Virus record (IMG/VR): IMGVR_UViG_3300035670_000085
Coordinates: 1-64,000 of that record
DNA from: a virus
Direction: 5' to 3' (one strand)
DNA length: 64,000 nucleotides
Positions 42,217 to 50,785 of this stretch are shown here, piece by piece; within the stretch, counting starts at the first letter, position 1; each line of letters opens with the position of its first letter. Position numbers and translations under genes: made by a program. The notes under the pieces are model-generated. The model saw only the letters and a program-made list of their open reading frames with translations, was not told the DNA's origin and ran no database searches.

Positions 42217-42884
42217 AAAGATACAAACAACTTTTTAAAGAAGATCATGAACATTGGATAGATATAAAATTTTCTGATATAGAAAAGTTGGAAGAAGAAC
42301 TTCATCTTGCAGATTTTAAAAAACATGCTGGTGCTTCTGATTTTACAAAAGATTGGATAGAAATAAGACGTAAGATAAAAGGACCAGGAAACAAATCAGC
42401 TAAATTACATTCACTAAAGGTAAATCGTAAGGACGATTACGTTATTTTTGTATTTAAATCATCACCAACATATTCCGGATTAGAAAAATCAGTCAATGTT
42501 AAATCTATGACATGGAATGGAAAAGTTAAAGCTTATACCGAAATGATAAAAATAAATGACTTCTTCAAATTGGCAGAAACTAAACCAGGATATGTTGAAA
42601 AAGAAATGACTTGGAAAGAAATAAAAGAAATTCTTTCTGTTGCGCCGATTTCGGTCTCCTGCAATTGCGGAAGTTTCACCTATCAAGGATTGTCTTATTA
42701 TTTGACACAATTAGAGGGAACAATTTTTCCAAATAATATAGAACCGAAGCGATGGAATAAATACCATGATAAAGGAAATGATATAGGATTGCTTTGTAAA
42801 CATTTATCAATGATTTTTAATAGCATAGATTTCTTTTTATCTAACTTTACAAGTATGATAAATAAATATATTCAGGGTAAATAA
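42213..42884 (+). CDS. tagged protein with SWIM-type zinc finger
   Basis: MKRYKQLFKE; VSCNC..F...LCKHL. Confidence 0.7.
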   Translation: MKRYKQLFKEDHEHWIDIKFSDIEKLEEELHLADFKKHAGASDFTKDWIEIRRKIKGPGNKSAKLHSLKVNRKDDYVIFVFKSSPTYSGLEKSVNVKSMTWNGKVKAYTEMIKINDFFKLAETKPGYVEKEMTWKEIKEILSVAPISVSCNCGSFTYQGLSYYLTQLEGTIFPNNIEPKRWNKYHDKGNDIGLLCKHLSMIFNSIDFFLSNFTSMINKYIQGK

Positions 42885-42885
42885 C

Positions 42886-43386
42886 ATGCCTTCACGGTCA
42901 GAGAGACAAAGAAATTTCATCTTTGCTAAACGCGGAGAATACAAAACCAAATCAGATACTCCAGAAGATTGGAAATGGGTGTGGAATGATGAATGGGAAA
43001 AAATAGAGGAGAGGTTTCCAATAAAACGATATAAACCATTGTTTGAATCAAATAAAATTATCTATTTTATCCGTGCAACAGATAAACAAGAAGTACAAAG
43101 TAAACATTATGGAGATTACTGGAGATTCTTCAAGTCCTTAAAAGATTTATCTAATTTAATAAAATCAAATCAATTATATGTTGCTCAAAAAGATAAAAAT
43201 GATCAATATATGATAATAGGACAAGGAAATATAGACGAACTTGAATTAAATTATTCTGAATTAAACGATGACTTTGATTCAAAAGAGATGCATTTTAAAT
43301 TCAAAGACTTATTCGATAAAAATTATACACCTTCCTCTAAAGTTCTTTATGCTGGAAAAATTGATTACGATTTAAAATTAAAATAA
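42886..43386 (+). CDS. fusion of a short MPSRSERQR.. module and an internally tagged module
   Basis: IKRYKPLFE at 43021. Confidence 0.6.
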   Translation: MPSRSERQRNFIFAKRGEYKTKSDTPEDWKWVWNDEWEKIEERFPIKRYKPLFESNKIIYFIRATDKQEVQSKHYGDYWRFFKSLKDLSNLIKSNQLYVAQKDKNDQYMIIGQGNIDELELNYSELNDDFDSKEMHFKFKDLFDKNYTPSSKVLYAGKIDYDLKLK

Positions 43387-43387
43387 T

Positions 43388-44536
43388 ATGAAAAGATATA
43401 AACCATTATTTAAAGAATCTATTCAATCAGAAAAAGCTATAGCAGAATTAGTTGATTTCGTTATAGATAAATTATCTAATAATATGATGAAAAAAATAAA
43501 TAATGGTGATTTTATTCCAGAAAAAAGATTTAATTTAAGAATGAGTTTTGATGAAAATAAATATTCAAATCCACCAGAAATATTAAAAGAATTTGTTAAT
43601 TTATTTTTATATGAATTTGATGTTATATTATCAAGTGATAAAGATAAAGCAAATGGTGTATATCAAAGTAAAAAAAATAGAATAGTATTATGGAATGTAT
43701 TATTTCCAAATACATGGACTAAAGATAATCCTCATTTTGAAGGAAAAAAAGAAATTAAAGATTATTTCAGAAGATATTCTAGAGGTACTCTAATTCATGA
43801 GTTTGCCCATGCTTATGACGATTTTATAAGTCGTGGAAAATATTTACCTAAAAAATATAAAGATGCCCCAGAAAGTCATGAAGACGAGAAGGGATGGAAA
43901 GATTACGCAAAACAAAATTTAGAAGTCAATGCAAGATATACTGATTGGATAAATGAACATCAAAAAGAAAGAATTACTTACACTTGGCCAGAATATGTAA
44001 AAGAATTTAAACAAGAATGGGGGATTAAATACTTAAATCCGGAACAATATCGAAGACTTATAAATAGACTATTTGCTCAATATAATGAACCACTACCAGA
44101 AGATTTTAAACTAGAAGTTTTAAATAGTTTATCCTTTAAATTATTTCATAAAGGATTTGAGAATAAGTTAAATGTTAATGATTTTATTCCAGAAGATAAA
44201 AGATGGAAAGATCAACTGACCAAAAAAGATATTTTTAATTATATGAAAAAATCTATACAGAATATTTTAACTGGAAAAGTTAAAGAATCTGAGATAAAAA
44301 ATCCAGCAATAATTGATAATAGATATGCTGGTTTAAAATCTATAAAATATAGTTTTGAATTGATTGATTCTATGGAAGAAAATCTTAAAAAACATGCAGA
44401 CAATCCAGATATTGTTAAAACAATTCAAAAACAAATTGATAAAGAATTAGCATATTATGAAGGATTTAAAAGAATATTTAAATTATCTGATGAAGATTTA
44501 AAACAGATTAATGATGTTATGATAAAATATTCATAA
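43388..44536 (+). CDS. tagged zincin metallopeptidase-like protein
   Basis: MKRYKPLFKE; TLIHEFAHAYD...Y....LEVNARY. Confidence 0.7.
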   Translation: MKRYKPLFKESIQSEKAIAELVDFVIDKLSNNMMKKINNGDFIPEKRFNLRMSFDENKYSNPPEILKEFVNLFLYEFDVILSSDKDKANGVYQSKKNRIVLWNVLFPNTWTKDNPHFEGKKEIKDYFRRYSRGTLIHEFAHAYDDFISRGKYLPKKYKDAPESHEDEKGWKDYAKQNLEVNARYTDWINEHQKERITYTWPEYVKEFKQEWGIKYLNPEQYRRLINRLFAQYNEPLPEDFKLEVLNSLSFKLFHKGFENKLNVNDFIPEDKRWKDQLTKKDIFNYMKKSIQNILTGKVKESEIKNPAIIDNRYAGLKSIKYSFELIDSMEENLKKHADNPDIVKTIQKQIDKELAYYEGFKRIFKLSDEDLKQINDVMIKYS

Positions 44537-44585
44537 TTTCTATTATATTGAAGAAATTATACTAATAAATATAAAGGTAATAAAT

Positions 44586-44837
44586 ATGAAAAGGTATAAG
44601 CCATTATTCGAATCCTCTCAAAGATTTTGTGCAATATATAAAGCACAAAATAATAAATGGTACCTAGCTCTTGCTGACGAAGAATACGGTACATCAGAAG
44701 ATGCCACTACTTACGGACCTTTTTCTAGTAAAGAGCAAGCTCATAGGTATTTGTTGAGAAATTTTTCAAATCCTGGTGGAATAATTGAGGATGGTTCTGG
44801 AGAACATTCAGTACCTCCCAGTGTTGTTAAGCCTTAG
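44586..44837 (+). CDS. tagged putative internal head protein
   Basis: MKRYKPLFE; TACTAATA at 44560. Confidence 0.7.
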   Translation: MKRYKPLFESSQRFCAIYKAQNNKWYLALADEEYGTSEDATTYGPFSSKEQAHRYLLRNFSNPGGIIEDGSGEHSVPPSVVKP

Positions 44838-44877
44838 ATCTACATAGACAATTCAAAAATAGAATAGGTATGTAATT

Positions 44878-45231
44878 ATGATATGTGAACTAATTTCTTT
44901 CAGTGCAGCAGAACTCAATACAGGAATAGATGTTATAAAAGATATAGAATTTATTTCTATAGTTAAAAATGATGCAGAAGCGCTTCCAAAAGTATATAGA
45001 CCAATTGAGATACGCTTTTCAAATGTAAGCGGTATTGCAGCAAATATTGATATTTTTTCTGATATCGAACATGCTGCTTATCTAACAACTCCAACTTTAT
45101 CTGATAAAATAACTATAGCTAATGGCGGTACATTGACATTAACCCCAACTAAAGATGCTATTACTAAAATAGTTGCTAAAGGTACAGCAGGACATTCTGG
45201 AAATTTAAATATTACAATAATAAAAGAGTAG
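44878..45231 (+). CDS. untagged beta-rich protein, paralog of 46906..47253
   Basis: Shared IE.IS..(K/R).DA.A..K.Y.PI.I...N...FSD.E...Y..TPT..D and C-terminal I.I.KE. Confidence 0.6.
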   Translation: MICELISFSAAELNTGIDVIKDIEFISIVKNDAEALPKVYRPIEIRFSNVSGIAANIDIFSDIEHAAYLTTPTLSDKITIANGGTLTLTPTKDAITKIVAKGTAGHSGNLNITIIKE

Positions 45232-45240
45232 GTGTAAAAA

Positions 45241-45537
45241 ATGAAAAGGTACAAAAGCTTATTTAAAGAAGATTCTACAGAATTTAATAATGATGATTTT
45301 GTTTATCAAGAATTAAAATTTAAAAAACAATTATCAAAAGAATTGAAATTACCTTATACTGGAAAATGGGCAAATCAAAATAAAGAACTTCCAATTTATT
45401 TTGATGATGCAGATATGGTGTCAATGTTAGATGATAAAACTATTTTTAAAAATGCTATAAATGGTAAGCATACATATGGAGAATTAAAAACATTTGTTAT
45501 AAACTTTATGAAAAAAAACACTCCTAATCTTATTTAA
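45241..45537 (+). CDS. tagged putative internal head protein
   Basis: MKRYKSLFKE. Confidence 0.7.
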   Translation: MKRYKSLFKEDSTEFNNDDFVYQELKFKKQLSKELKLPYTGKWANQNKELPIYFDDADMVSMLDDKTIFKNAINGKHTYGELKTFVINFMKKNTPNLI

Positions 45538-45552
45538 TAGAGGTAAAAAAAA

Positions 45553-45834
45553 ATGAAAAGATATAAAAGTGTTATTAGTAAAAATGAAATAAAATTAAAT
45601 GAATCTAAGTGGAGTGATGCTAATCTAAGCAGGTTCTTTTTTAGTGGTGAATATGATAATTATCAGCATGGGAATCCAAAGAAAGCAGCGCAGCAAATTT
45701 ATGATCTCACTGTTAATTATTTAGATAATATTGAAAAGAATCTAGAATTGGCAGGTTCATTTTTAGCACCAGCCATAAAAGATGAACTTGAAAAAATGTT
45801 AAAAAAGAATTTTAGTAGAATAAAAATAAAATGA
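45553..45834 (+). CDS. tagged putative internal head protein
   Basis: MKRYKSVISKNEIKLNE. Confidence 0.65.
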   Translation: MKRYKSVISKNEIKLNESKWSDANLSRFFFSGEYDNYQHGNPKKAAQQIYDLTVNYLDNIEKNLELAGSFLAPAIKDELEKMLKKNFSRIKIK

Positions 45835-46139
45835 AAAAATATAAATCATTATTTAAAGAATCTGAACAAAAAGCTAGTTACGATTTGGTAGCAAATCTTT
45901 ATAAAAAGGGTTCAAAATGGAGAACTATAGAGTGGGCAAATAATAATGATAAAGCAATAATATCTAATCTATCTCCAACTCTTTTAAAAAAAGGAGAGAA
46001 TTGTAATATTGAGATGATGAAAGGTTCTTCTCAATTTAATCTCATAATTTCATGGAAAAACTCTAGCAATGTCATATTAGGATGCTCACTTTCTTTTGAT
46101 AATGAAAAAGAAGCACAGAAAGAAGGGTGGAGTATATGA
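45831..46139 (+). CDS. tagged putative internal head protein
   Basis: MKKYKSLFKE. Confidence 0.7.
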   Translation: MKKYKSLFKESEQKASYDLVANLYKKGSKWRTIEWANNNDKAIISNLSPTLLKKGENCNIEMMKGSSQFNLIISWKNSSNVILGCSLSFDNEKEAQKEGWSI

Positions 46140-46363
46140 AGCGTTATACACCAATAAAACTACAAGAACAAGATGAAGAAGAATTACATCCACGAGTTCT
46201 TGAAATACTCGATTGTTTCAAAAACGAAGATTTTAATAATTTTTCAAAACGTCTTGATTTTGCATCAAAGCTACTTGAAATTATAGTATTATCAAAGGAT
46301 GTTCGTATAAGAAGACTCATAAAGAAAATCTGTCAGGCAATAAAAGAAATAGAGGAGGAATAA
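46136..46363 (+). CDS. tagged putative internal head protein
   Basis: MKRYTPIKLQE; start reassigned (GGAG RBS, ATGA coupling). Confidence 0.65.
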   Translation: MKRYTPIKLQEQDEEELHPRVLEILDCFKNEDFNNFSKRLDFASKLLEIIVLSKDVRIRRLIKKICQAIKEIEEE

Positions 46364-46365
46364 AA

Positions 46366-46608
46366 ATGAAAAGATATAAGAGTATTTTAAAAGAAGCACA
46401 ACCAATTCATATCGGAAAAGTTACTGTTTTTGTTCATTTGAAAATCAAAGAAGAAGAAGTAAGTAAGATTATAGATCTATTTGATAATATAGATAGCGAT
46501 CAAAAAATTCAAAATTTTCAATATTTAGCTGGAAATATGAAACTTAAAAATTTAGCAAAATTTATTGATAATAAAAATATTTATCTTTTAAGAATTTCAG
46601 AGGAATAA
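46366..46608 (+). CDS. tagged putative internal head protein
   Basis: MKRYKSILKE. Confidence 0.7.
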   Translation: MKRYKSILKEAQPIHIGKVTVFVHLKIKEEEVSKIIDLFDNIDSDQKIQNFQYLAGNMKLKNLAKFIDNKNIYLLRISEE

Positions 46609-46610
46609 AA

Positions 46611-46859
46611 ATGAAAAGATATAAAAGCATTATTAAAGAAGCTGAATTTTCAAAAGGAAACATCCAGGCAATAATTGCCGCATTTAAAGAATGTGGATTT
46701 AAAGTTGAAGGGAAAGAAGGCGAACAGAAAGAAGGAATTTTTTATGCTTCTTTTGAGAAAGGAAAAGAAATTCTCTCTATAGAGGATGCTATAGAAAACT
46801 TACAAGCATTAAAAAAAAACGATAGAAAAAACACAGGATATAGATTTGAAATAGTATAG
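46611..46859 (+). CDS. tagged putative internal head protein
   Basis: MKRYKSIIKE. Confidence 0.7.
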   Translation: MKRYKSIIKEAEFSKGNIQAIIAAFKECGFKVEGKEGEQKEGIFYASFEKGKEILSIEDAIENLQALKKNDRKNTGYRFEIV

Positions 46860-46905
46860 CACGACAATCCAATCAGATTTGATATATCCGACTGAGAGAG
46901 TAATT

Positions 46906-47253
46906 ATGATAACTGAAAAAATTGCAATAGTTAACGCAGACCTCGTAGCGGGAAAAGCGGTTAAAACAATAGAAGATATATCTTTAACTAGATTAGATGC
47001 ACAAGCTTCATCGAAACAATATATTCCTATCAAAATAAAATGTACTAATAACACTAATGTTTCTGGCAATTTTATTGCATTTTCTGATATGGAATATATA
47101 CAATATATAGCAACACCAACAATTACTGATTTAGTTCCTTTAGCAATCGGTGAATCGTTTGAATATATTCCAACAAATCAAAAAATGACAACTATTGTGG
47201 TCGAGTCTGCTGTTTTTACTGGAACCTATGATATAGAAATTTGGAAAGAATAA
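46906..47253 (+). CDS. untagged beta-rich protein, paralog of 44878..45231
   Basis: Start reassigned to MITEKIAIV; aligns with 44878. Confidence 0.6.
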   Translation: MITEKIAIVNADLVAGKAVKTIEDISLTRLDAQASSKQYIPIKIKCTNNTNVSGNFIAFSDMEYIQYIATPTITDLVPLAIGESFEYIPTNQKMTTIVVESAVFTGTYDIEIWKE

Positions 47254-47272
47254 ATTTTGAAGTTTAAATAAA

Positions 47273-47503
47273 ATGAAAAGGTACAAGAGTGTTATTAAGG
47301 AATCTGGGGATAATTATGAGAATTTTGGCATCTCCTTATCAAAAATGTATAGTAAATCGACAAATATGACGCAATTAGCCAATATGATTTCAAATAGTAT
47401 TGGAGAAGAGATCGGAGATAGCGAGGATTTAATAAAGGTATCTAAAACTCTTATTGGTAATTTACAAGACCTTATAAATGATGCAAAATCTTCAAGAGAA
47501 TAA
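47273..47503 (+). CDS. tagged putative internal head protein
   Basis: MKRYKSVIKE. Confidence 0.7.
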   Translation: MKRYKSVIKESGDNYENFGISLSKMYSKSTNMTQLANMISNSIGEEIGDSEDLIKVSKTLIGNLQDLINDAKSSRE

Positions 47504-47505
47504 AT

Positions 47506-47667
47506 ATGATAATTGAAAAAATTGCAATAGTTAGCTTTGAGAGCGACCCAAAAACGTATAGTGAAATGCGTAAGCTTGTGGACGAACATTTCTCCGAAAA
47601 GGGTGGAGGTTGGTCTAGCGGTTTTAGGAATTTTATAAAATACGTAAGGGGAGAGGAAGTATATTAA
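47506..47667 (+). CDS. 53-aa chimeric ORF whose start duplicates 46906
   Basis: MIIEKIAIVSFESDPKTY...; first 30 nt nearly identical to 46906-46935. Confidence 0.45.
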   Translation: MIIEKIAIVSFESDPKTYSEMRKLVDEHFSEKGGGWSSGFRNFIKYVRGEEVY

Positions 47668-47746
47668 AAAAAGCGGAAACGACAACTATGAAAAATAGGA
47701 AAGAGTGCGTATAAAAAAATTTTAAACAACGAGGAAGGGAAATAAG

Positions 47747-48112
47747 ATGAAAAGATACAAATCAATTTTAAACGAAGAATCACAATTTTCTAAAAATTTA
47801 CATAAGTATTTAAGACATTATGATAATCTTGAAACTTATAGCGAGTTAATTAAATTAATAAAAACTATAAATTATAATAAAAAAATAGAAACAGATGAAG
47901 CAAAACAAAATGTTTATAAAGCTGTAATTTTATTGCTTCTTGGATATACTGGTTCAGAAGTGAGTAATAAACGTGATTATCTTTCTAAAGAATGGGAGAA
48001 AGAGGAAGAAAGTAAGAACGAAACTCCAGATGAATTTATGAAAAGAATGAAAATGGTGCCTTATAAAGAAAATTTGTCATGCAATAAAAGAAATGGAGGA
48101 GGAATAAAATGA
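47747..48112 (+). CDS. tagged putative internal head protein
   Basis: MKRYKSILNE. Confidence 0.7.
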   Translation: MKRYKSILNEESQFSKNLHKYLRHYDNLETYSELIKLIKTINYNKKIETDEAKQNVYKAVILLLLGYTGSEVSNKRDYLSKEWEKEEESKNETPDEFMKRMKMVPYKENLSCNKRNGGGIK

Positions 48113-48420
48113 AACGATATAGAAGTATTTTTAAAGAAGAAAAAAATTTACCTAATATGGATATTGATTCTTTTGTTAAAGAATTAATGAAAAATAGAAA
48201 TTTAAAAGATACTTTTAAATCGTATACTATTGATGAATCTTATGAAAATCCAGATGGAGATTTTAATTCTGTTATTTATTTAGAAGATTTTATAACTGAA
48301 AGACCAAGTTATGATTTTGTGAATCATTTACGCAGGATTGTTAATAAAAATGAAGATATTATTGATAGTAATATTGGTCGGGACAAATATAGAGTTGTTT
48401 TAAATATAACCCATAAATAA
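48109..48420 (+). CDS. tagged putative internal head protein
   Basis: MKRYRSIFKE. Confidence 0.7.
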   Translation: MKRYRSIFKEEKNLPNMDIDSFVKELMKNRNLKDTFKSYTIDESYENPDGDFNSVIYLEDFITERPSYDFVNHLRRIVNKNEDIIDSNIGRDKYRVVLNITHK

Positions 48421-48435
48421 AAAGGTGGAAATAAA

Positions 48436-48639
48436 ATGAAACGATACAAATCGATACTTAAAGAAGGAATGAGATACAATACTAGCTATTTTGAAGCAGG
48501 AAAAGATTTAAGATCAGCAAAAAAAATAGATACTGTAATTGGTGTTTTAGAAGAAATGATTATGGAATTAAAAGCTTGGAAAAAAGAAGGAGCTAAAGAA
48601 GTTCAAGGAAATAAAAATGAATTTATTCCATTATGGTAA
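48436..48639 (+). CDS. tagged putative internal head protein
   Basis: MKRYKSILKE. Confidence 0.7.
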   Translation: MKRYKSILKEGMRYNTSYFEAGKDLRSAKKIDTVIGVLEEMIMELKAWKKEGAKEVQGNKNEFIPLW

Positions 48640-48657
48640 TAGTGTAGGTAAAAGAAA

Positions 48658-50724
48658 ATGGCTAAAATAAAATTAGTTGAAAAGATAGGAATTAATGTTC
48701 CTATTGAAAATATAAAAGTTTTTGATAAAGTAAAGATAGTAGAAGCTGCCGGAAAGAATTACGAGGCTATAGCAGTAATTGAGAAAGTACCTTTTACTAG
48801 ATTTGGCAGTGTTAATGATAACAATAGATATTATCCACGTAAACTTTGGGAAAAAGTTATAAAAGAAGGAGTATGTGAAGGAAGCTCTCTTTATACAAAC
48901 CATGCAGAAAATGAAACAGATGTATCTAAAAAAGCAGGTATCTGGCATAATGCATTTATTGACGATAAGAATAAAGTATGCAGAGCAGATCTTTATCTTA
49001 TAGGACCAAACGGACAACTCTTTCTCGATGCTTTAAAAGCTGGTTCAAAAGGGGAGGGTATCAGTTCAGTTGGCTACGGTGAGTTTGAAGATAGATACGA
49101 AGAATTAAAAGAATTTGGTAATATAGGACATGATGTAAAAGTAGTACGATGGGACACGTATGATGGAGAGTCTTATGGCGACTGGGTACATCAGCCGTCT
49201 CAAAACGTATTTGCAACATTAGAAAATATTAAAGAAAATAATGAAAACTCTTCTAATTTAAATGAAAGTTATACTAATAATAGTAAAGCTACTAATGATA
49301 AATTAGATGAAAATATAAAATTACAAGAGAATAAAAAAGAGGTTTATATGGATAAGTCGATATTGAAGAATATGGTATTGAATGAAATAAAACGTTCAAA
49401 AAATAATCCTAATCTTCTTGAAGCAATTCAAGGATTGAAAGAGATTGACACTGCTGGTGATTCTGAACTTAATAATAGAGTAAATGATGCAATTGAAACT
49501 CTCACAACTAAACTTGAAGAAAGTAAAAGTAATGCAGAAAAACAGCTCAATGAAAGCACAACTAAATTGAATGAAATGACTGCTAAATATAATAAACTTG
49601 TTGAGAATTATAAAAAAGCTACTTCTAAAGTTGTAGAATTGACAGAATCAACAAAACTTATGGAATCCGATATTAAATGCTTGGTAGAAGATTCTAATCT
49701 CCGTGATAATGATATTAAATGTCTTACAGAAGACCGTAAAGTTATGATATCCGATCTTAAAAAAATGATTGAAGATCGTAAAGCAATGAGAAAAGATATT
49801 AATGTTCTTACTACTAAATTGAAAGAAGCTGAAGAAGTTATTGGTCAACAAGAAGATGAACTTGAAAAACGTGGATTTGAATTTGAAGAAGATGATGAAG
49901 AAGTAGAATTTGATGCGGAAGGAAATCCTATAGTAAAAGAGCCTGTAACAGAAGAAGAAATGCCTGCACCTGAAGTGCTTCCAGAAACCCCGGCAGAAAT
50001 AAAAGAAGAAGGTGACGAACAAGAACTTCCTATGCAAATCGATCCTCTTCCAACTGAACCTGCAATGGTTGAAGAAGAAGATGAAATGATGAATCTTGAT
50101 TTTGAAGATGAAGAAGAAGTTGAAGAACTTGAAGAAGAAGATGCTTTTGATGCATTTGCTCCTGCAGGTGAAGAAATGGATGAGCCTATGGTAGAAGAAG
50201 ATGAGATGGAAATGCCTGTTGAGGAAATGCCAGTTGAAGAAGCTCCGGCAGAAGAAGTGAAAGAAGAAGAAATGCCTGCACCTGAAACTCTTGACACTCC
50301 TCCTGCACCGGCTCCTGCTCCTATAGCCATAGAAGAACCTAAACCAGAAGAAACTAAAATGGTTGAGGAAGACGAAGAAGAAAAAGAAGATGAAGAAGAA
50401 GTTGAAGAACCAGAAGAAGAAAAAGAAGAAATGAAAGAATCTGTAATTAAGTTTTCATGGGAACCAAAAAAAGAAGTTAAAAAAGCTCCTGTAAAAACTA
50501 AAATCGTAGAAAATAATATTAAGGCTGATCTTAAAAAATTCTATGAAAGTCAGATTGCAAAGAATCCTTCTGTAAAAGCTATTGAAAAACAAATCATGTC
50601 TGCTAAATCTTTGTTAGAGGCCTTTGATATGGTTGATGTATTCAAGAGCAGAAAGTCAGATAAACTTGTGAAAGTTACTGAAAGTAAAAAATCTGATGGT
50701 AATGTGATAAAATTTAAATTCTAA
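48658..50724 (+). CDS. prohead protease (T4 gp21-like) fused to coiled-coil/acidic scaffold
   Basis: N.N.RYYP, TNH, GP.G, GISSVGYG, DWVHQPS; then coiled coil with many L-x-E sites and an E/P-rich tail. Confidence 0.8.
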   Translation: MAKIKLVEKIGINVPIENIKVFDKVKIVEAAGKNYEAIAVIEKVPFTRFGSVNDNNRYYPRKLWEKVIKEGVCEGSSLYTNHAENETDVSKKAGIWHNAFIDDKNKVCRADLYLIGPNGQLFLDALKAGSKGEGISSVGYGEFEDRYEELKEFGNIGHDVKVVRWDTYDGESYGDWVHQPSQNVFATLENIKENNENSSNLNESYTNNSKATNDKLDENIKLQENKKEVYMDKSILKNMVLNEIKRSKNNPNLLEAIQGLKEIDTAGDSELNNRVNDAIETLTTKLEESKSNAEKQLNESTTKLNEMTAKYNKLVENYKKATSKVVELTESTKLMESDIKCLVEDSNLRDNDIKCLTEDRKVMISDLKKMIEDRKAMRKDINVLTTKLKEAEEVIGQQEDELEKRGFEFEEDDEEVEFDAEGNPIVKEPVTEEEMPAPEVLPETPAEIKEEGDEQELPMQIDPLPTEPAMVEEEDEMMNLDFEDEEEVEELEEEDAFDAFAPAGEEMDEPMVEEDEMEMPVEEMPVEEAPAEEVKEEEMPAPETLDTPPAPAPAPIAIEEPKPEETKMVEEDEEEKEDEEEVEEPEEEKEEMKESVIKFSWEPKKEVKKAPVKTKIVENNIKADLKKFYESQIAKNPSVKAIEKQIMSAKSLLEAFDMVDVFKSRKSDKLVKVTESKKSDGNVIKFKF
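49348..50724 (+). CDS. nested in-frame scaffold protein (internal start MDKSILK)
   Basis: TACTAATA at 49272; AAGAGG RBS before in-frame ATG 49348 (Met231). Confidence 0.6.
   Translation: MDKSILKNMVLNEIKRSKNNPNLLEAIQGLKEIDTAGDSELNNRVNDAIETLTTKLEESKSNAEKQLNESTTKLNEMTAKYNKLVENYKKATSKVVELTESTKLMESDIKCLVEDSNLRDNDIKCLTEDRKVMISDLKKMIEDRKAMRKDINVLTTKLKEAEEVIGQQEDELEKRGFEFEEDDEEVEFDAEGNPIVKEPVTEEEMPAPEVLPETPAEIKEEGDEQELPMQIDPLPTEPAMVEEEDEMMNLDFEDEEEVEELEEEDAFDAFAPAGEEMDEPMVEEDEMEMPVEEMPVEEAPAEEVKEEEMPAPETLDTPPAPAPAPIAIEEPKPEETKMVEEDEEEKEDEEEVEEPEEEKEEMKESVIKFSWEPKKEVKKAPVKTKIVENNIKADLKKFYESQIAKNPSVKAIEKQIMSAKSLLEAFDMVDVFKSRKSDKLVKVTESKKSDGNVIKFKF
49951..50286 (+). repeat. 24-nt direct repeat encoding EEEMPAPE in the acidic scaffold tail
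   Basis: GAAGAAGAAATGCCTGCACCTGAA at 49951 and 50263. Confidence 0.7.
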
Positions 50725-50735
50725 TAAAAAATAAA

Positions 50736-50770
50736 CTCAAAGGAGGAATTCAAACTCCTTTGAGATTTCT
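50736..50770 (+). terminator. hairpin/terminator after the scaffold gene
   Basis: CTCAAAGGAG / CTCCTTTGAG. Confidence 0.65.
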
Positions 50771-50785
50771 TTAAAGATAATAAAA

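Larger units (their letters stand above)
39565..48639 (+). other. array of small ORFs sharing the N-terminal MKRYKxxF(K)E tag
   Basis: 21 tagged ORFs plus one internal copy, between the portal and prohead protease genes. Confidence 0.9.

Noticed and set aside
39565-48639. MKRY starts interpreted as a DNA repeat array (CRISPR, integron attC cassettes or DGR)
   Set aside because: The conserved unit varies at synonymous positions, spacing is irregular, there are no palindromic att sites, and there is no cas, integrase or reverse transcriptase in the window.
49648-50330. Antisense ORFs 49648..50037 and 49845..50330
   Set aside because: Shadow frames of the GAA-rich scaffold, with no RBS or promoter.
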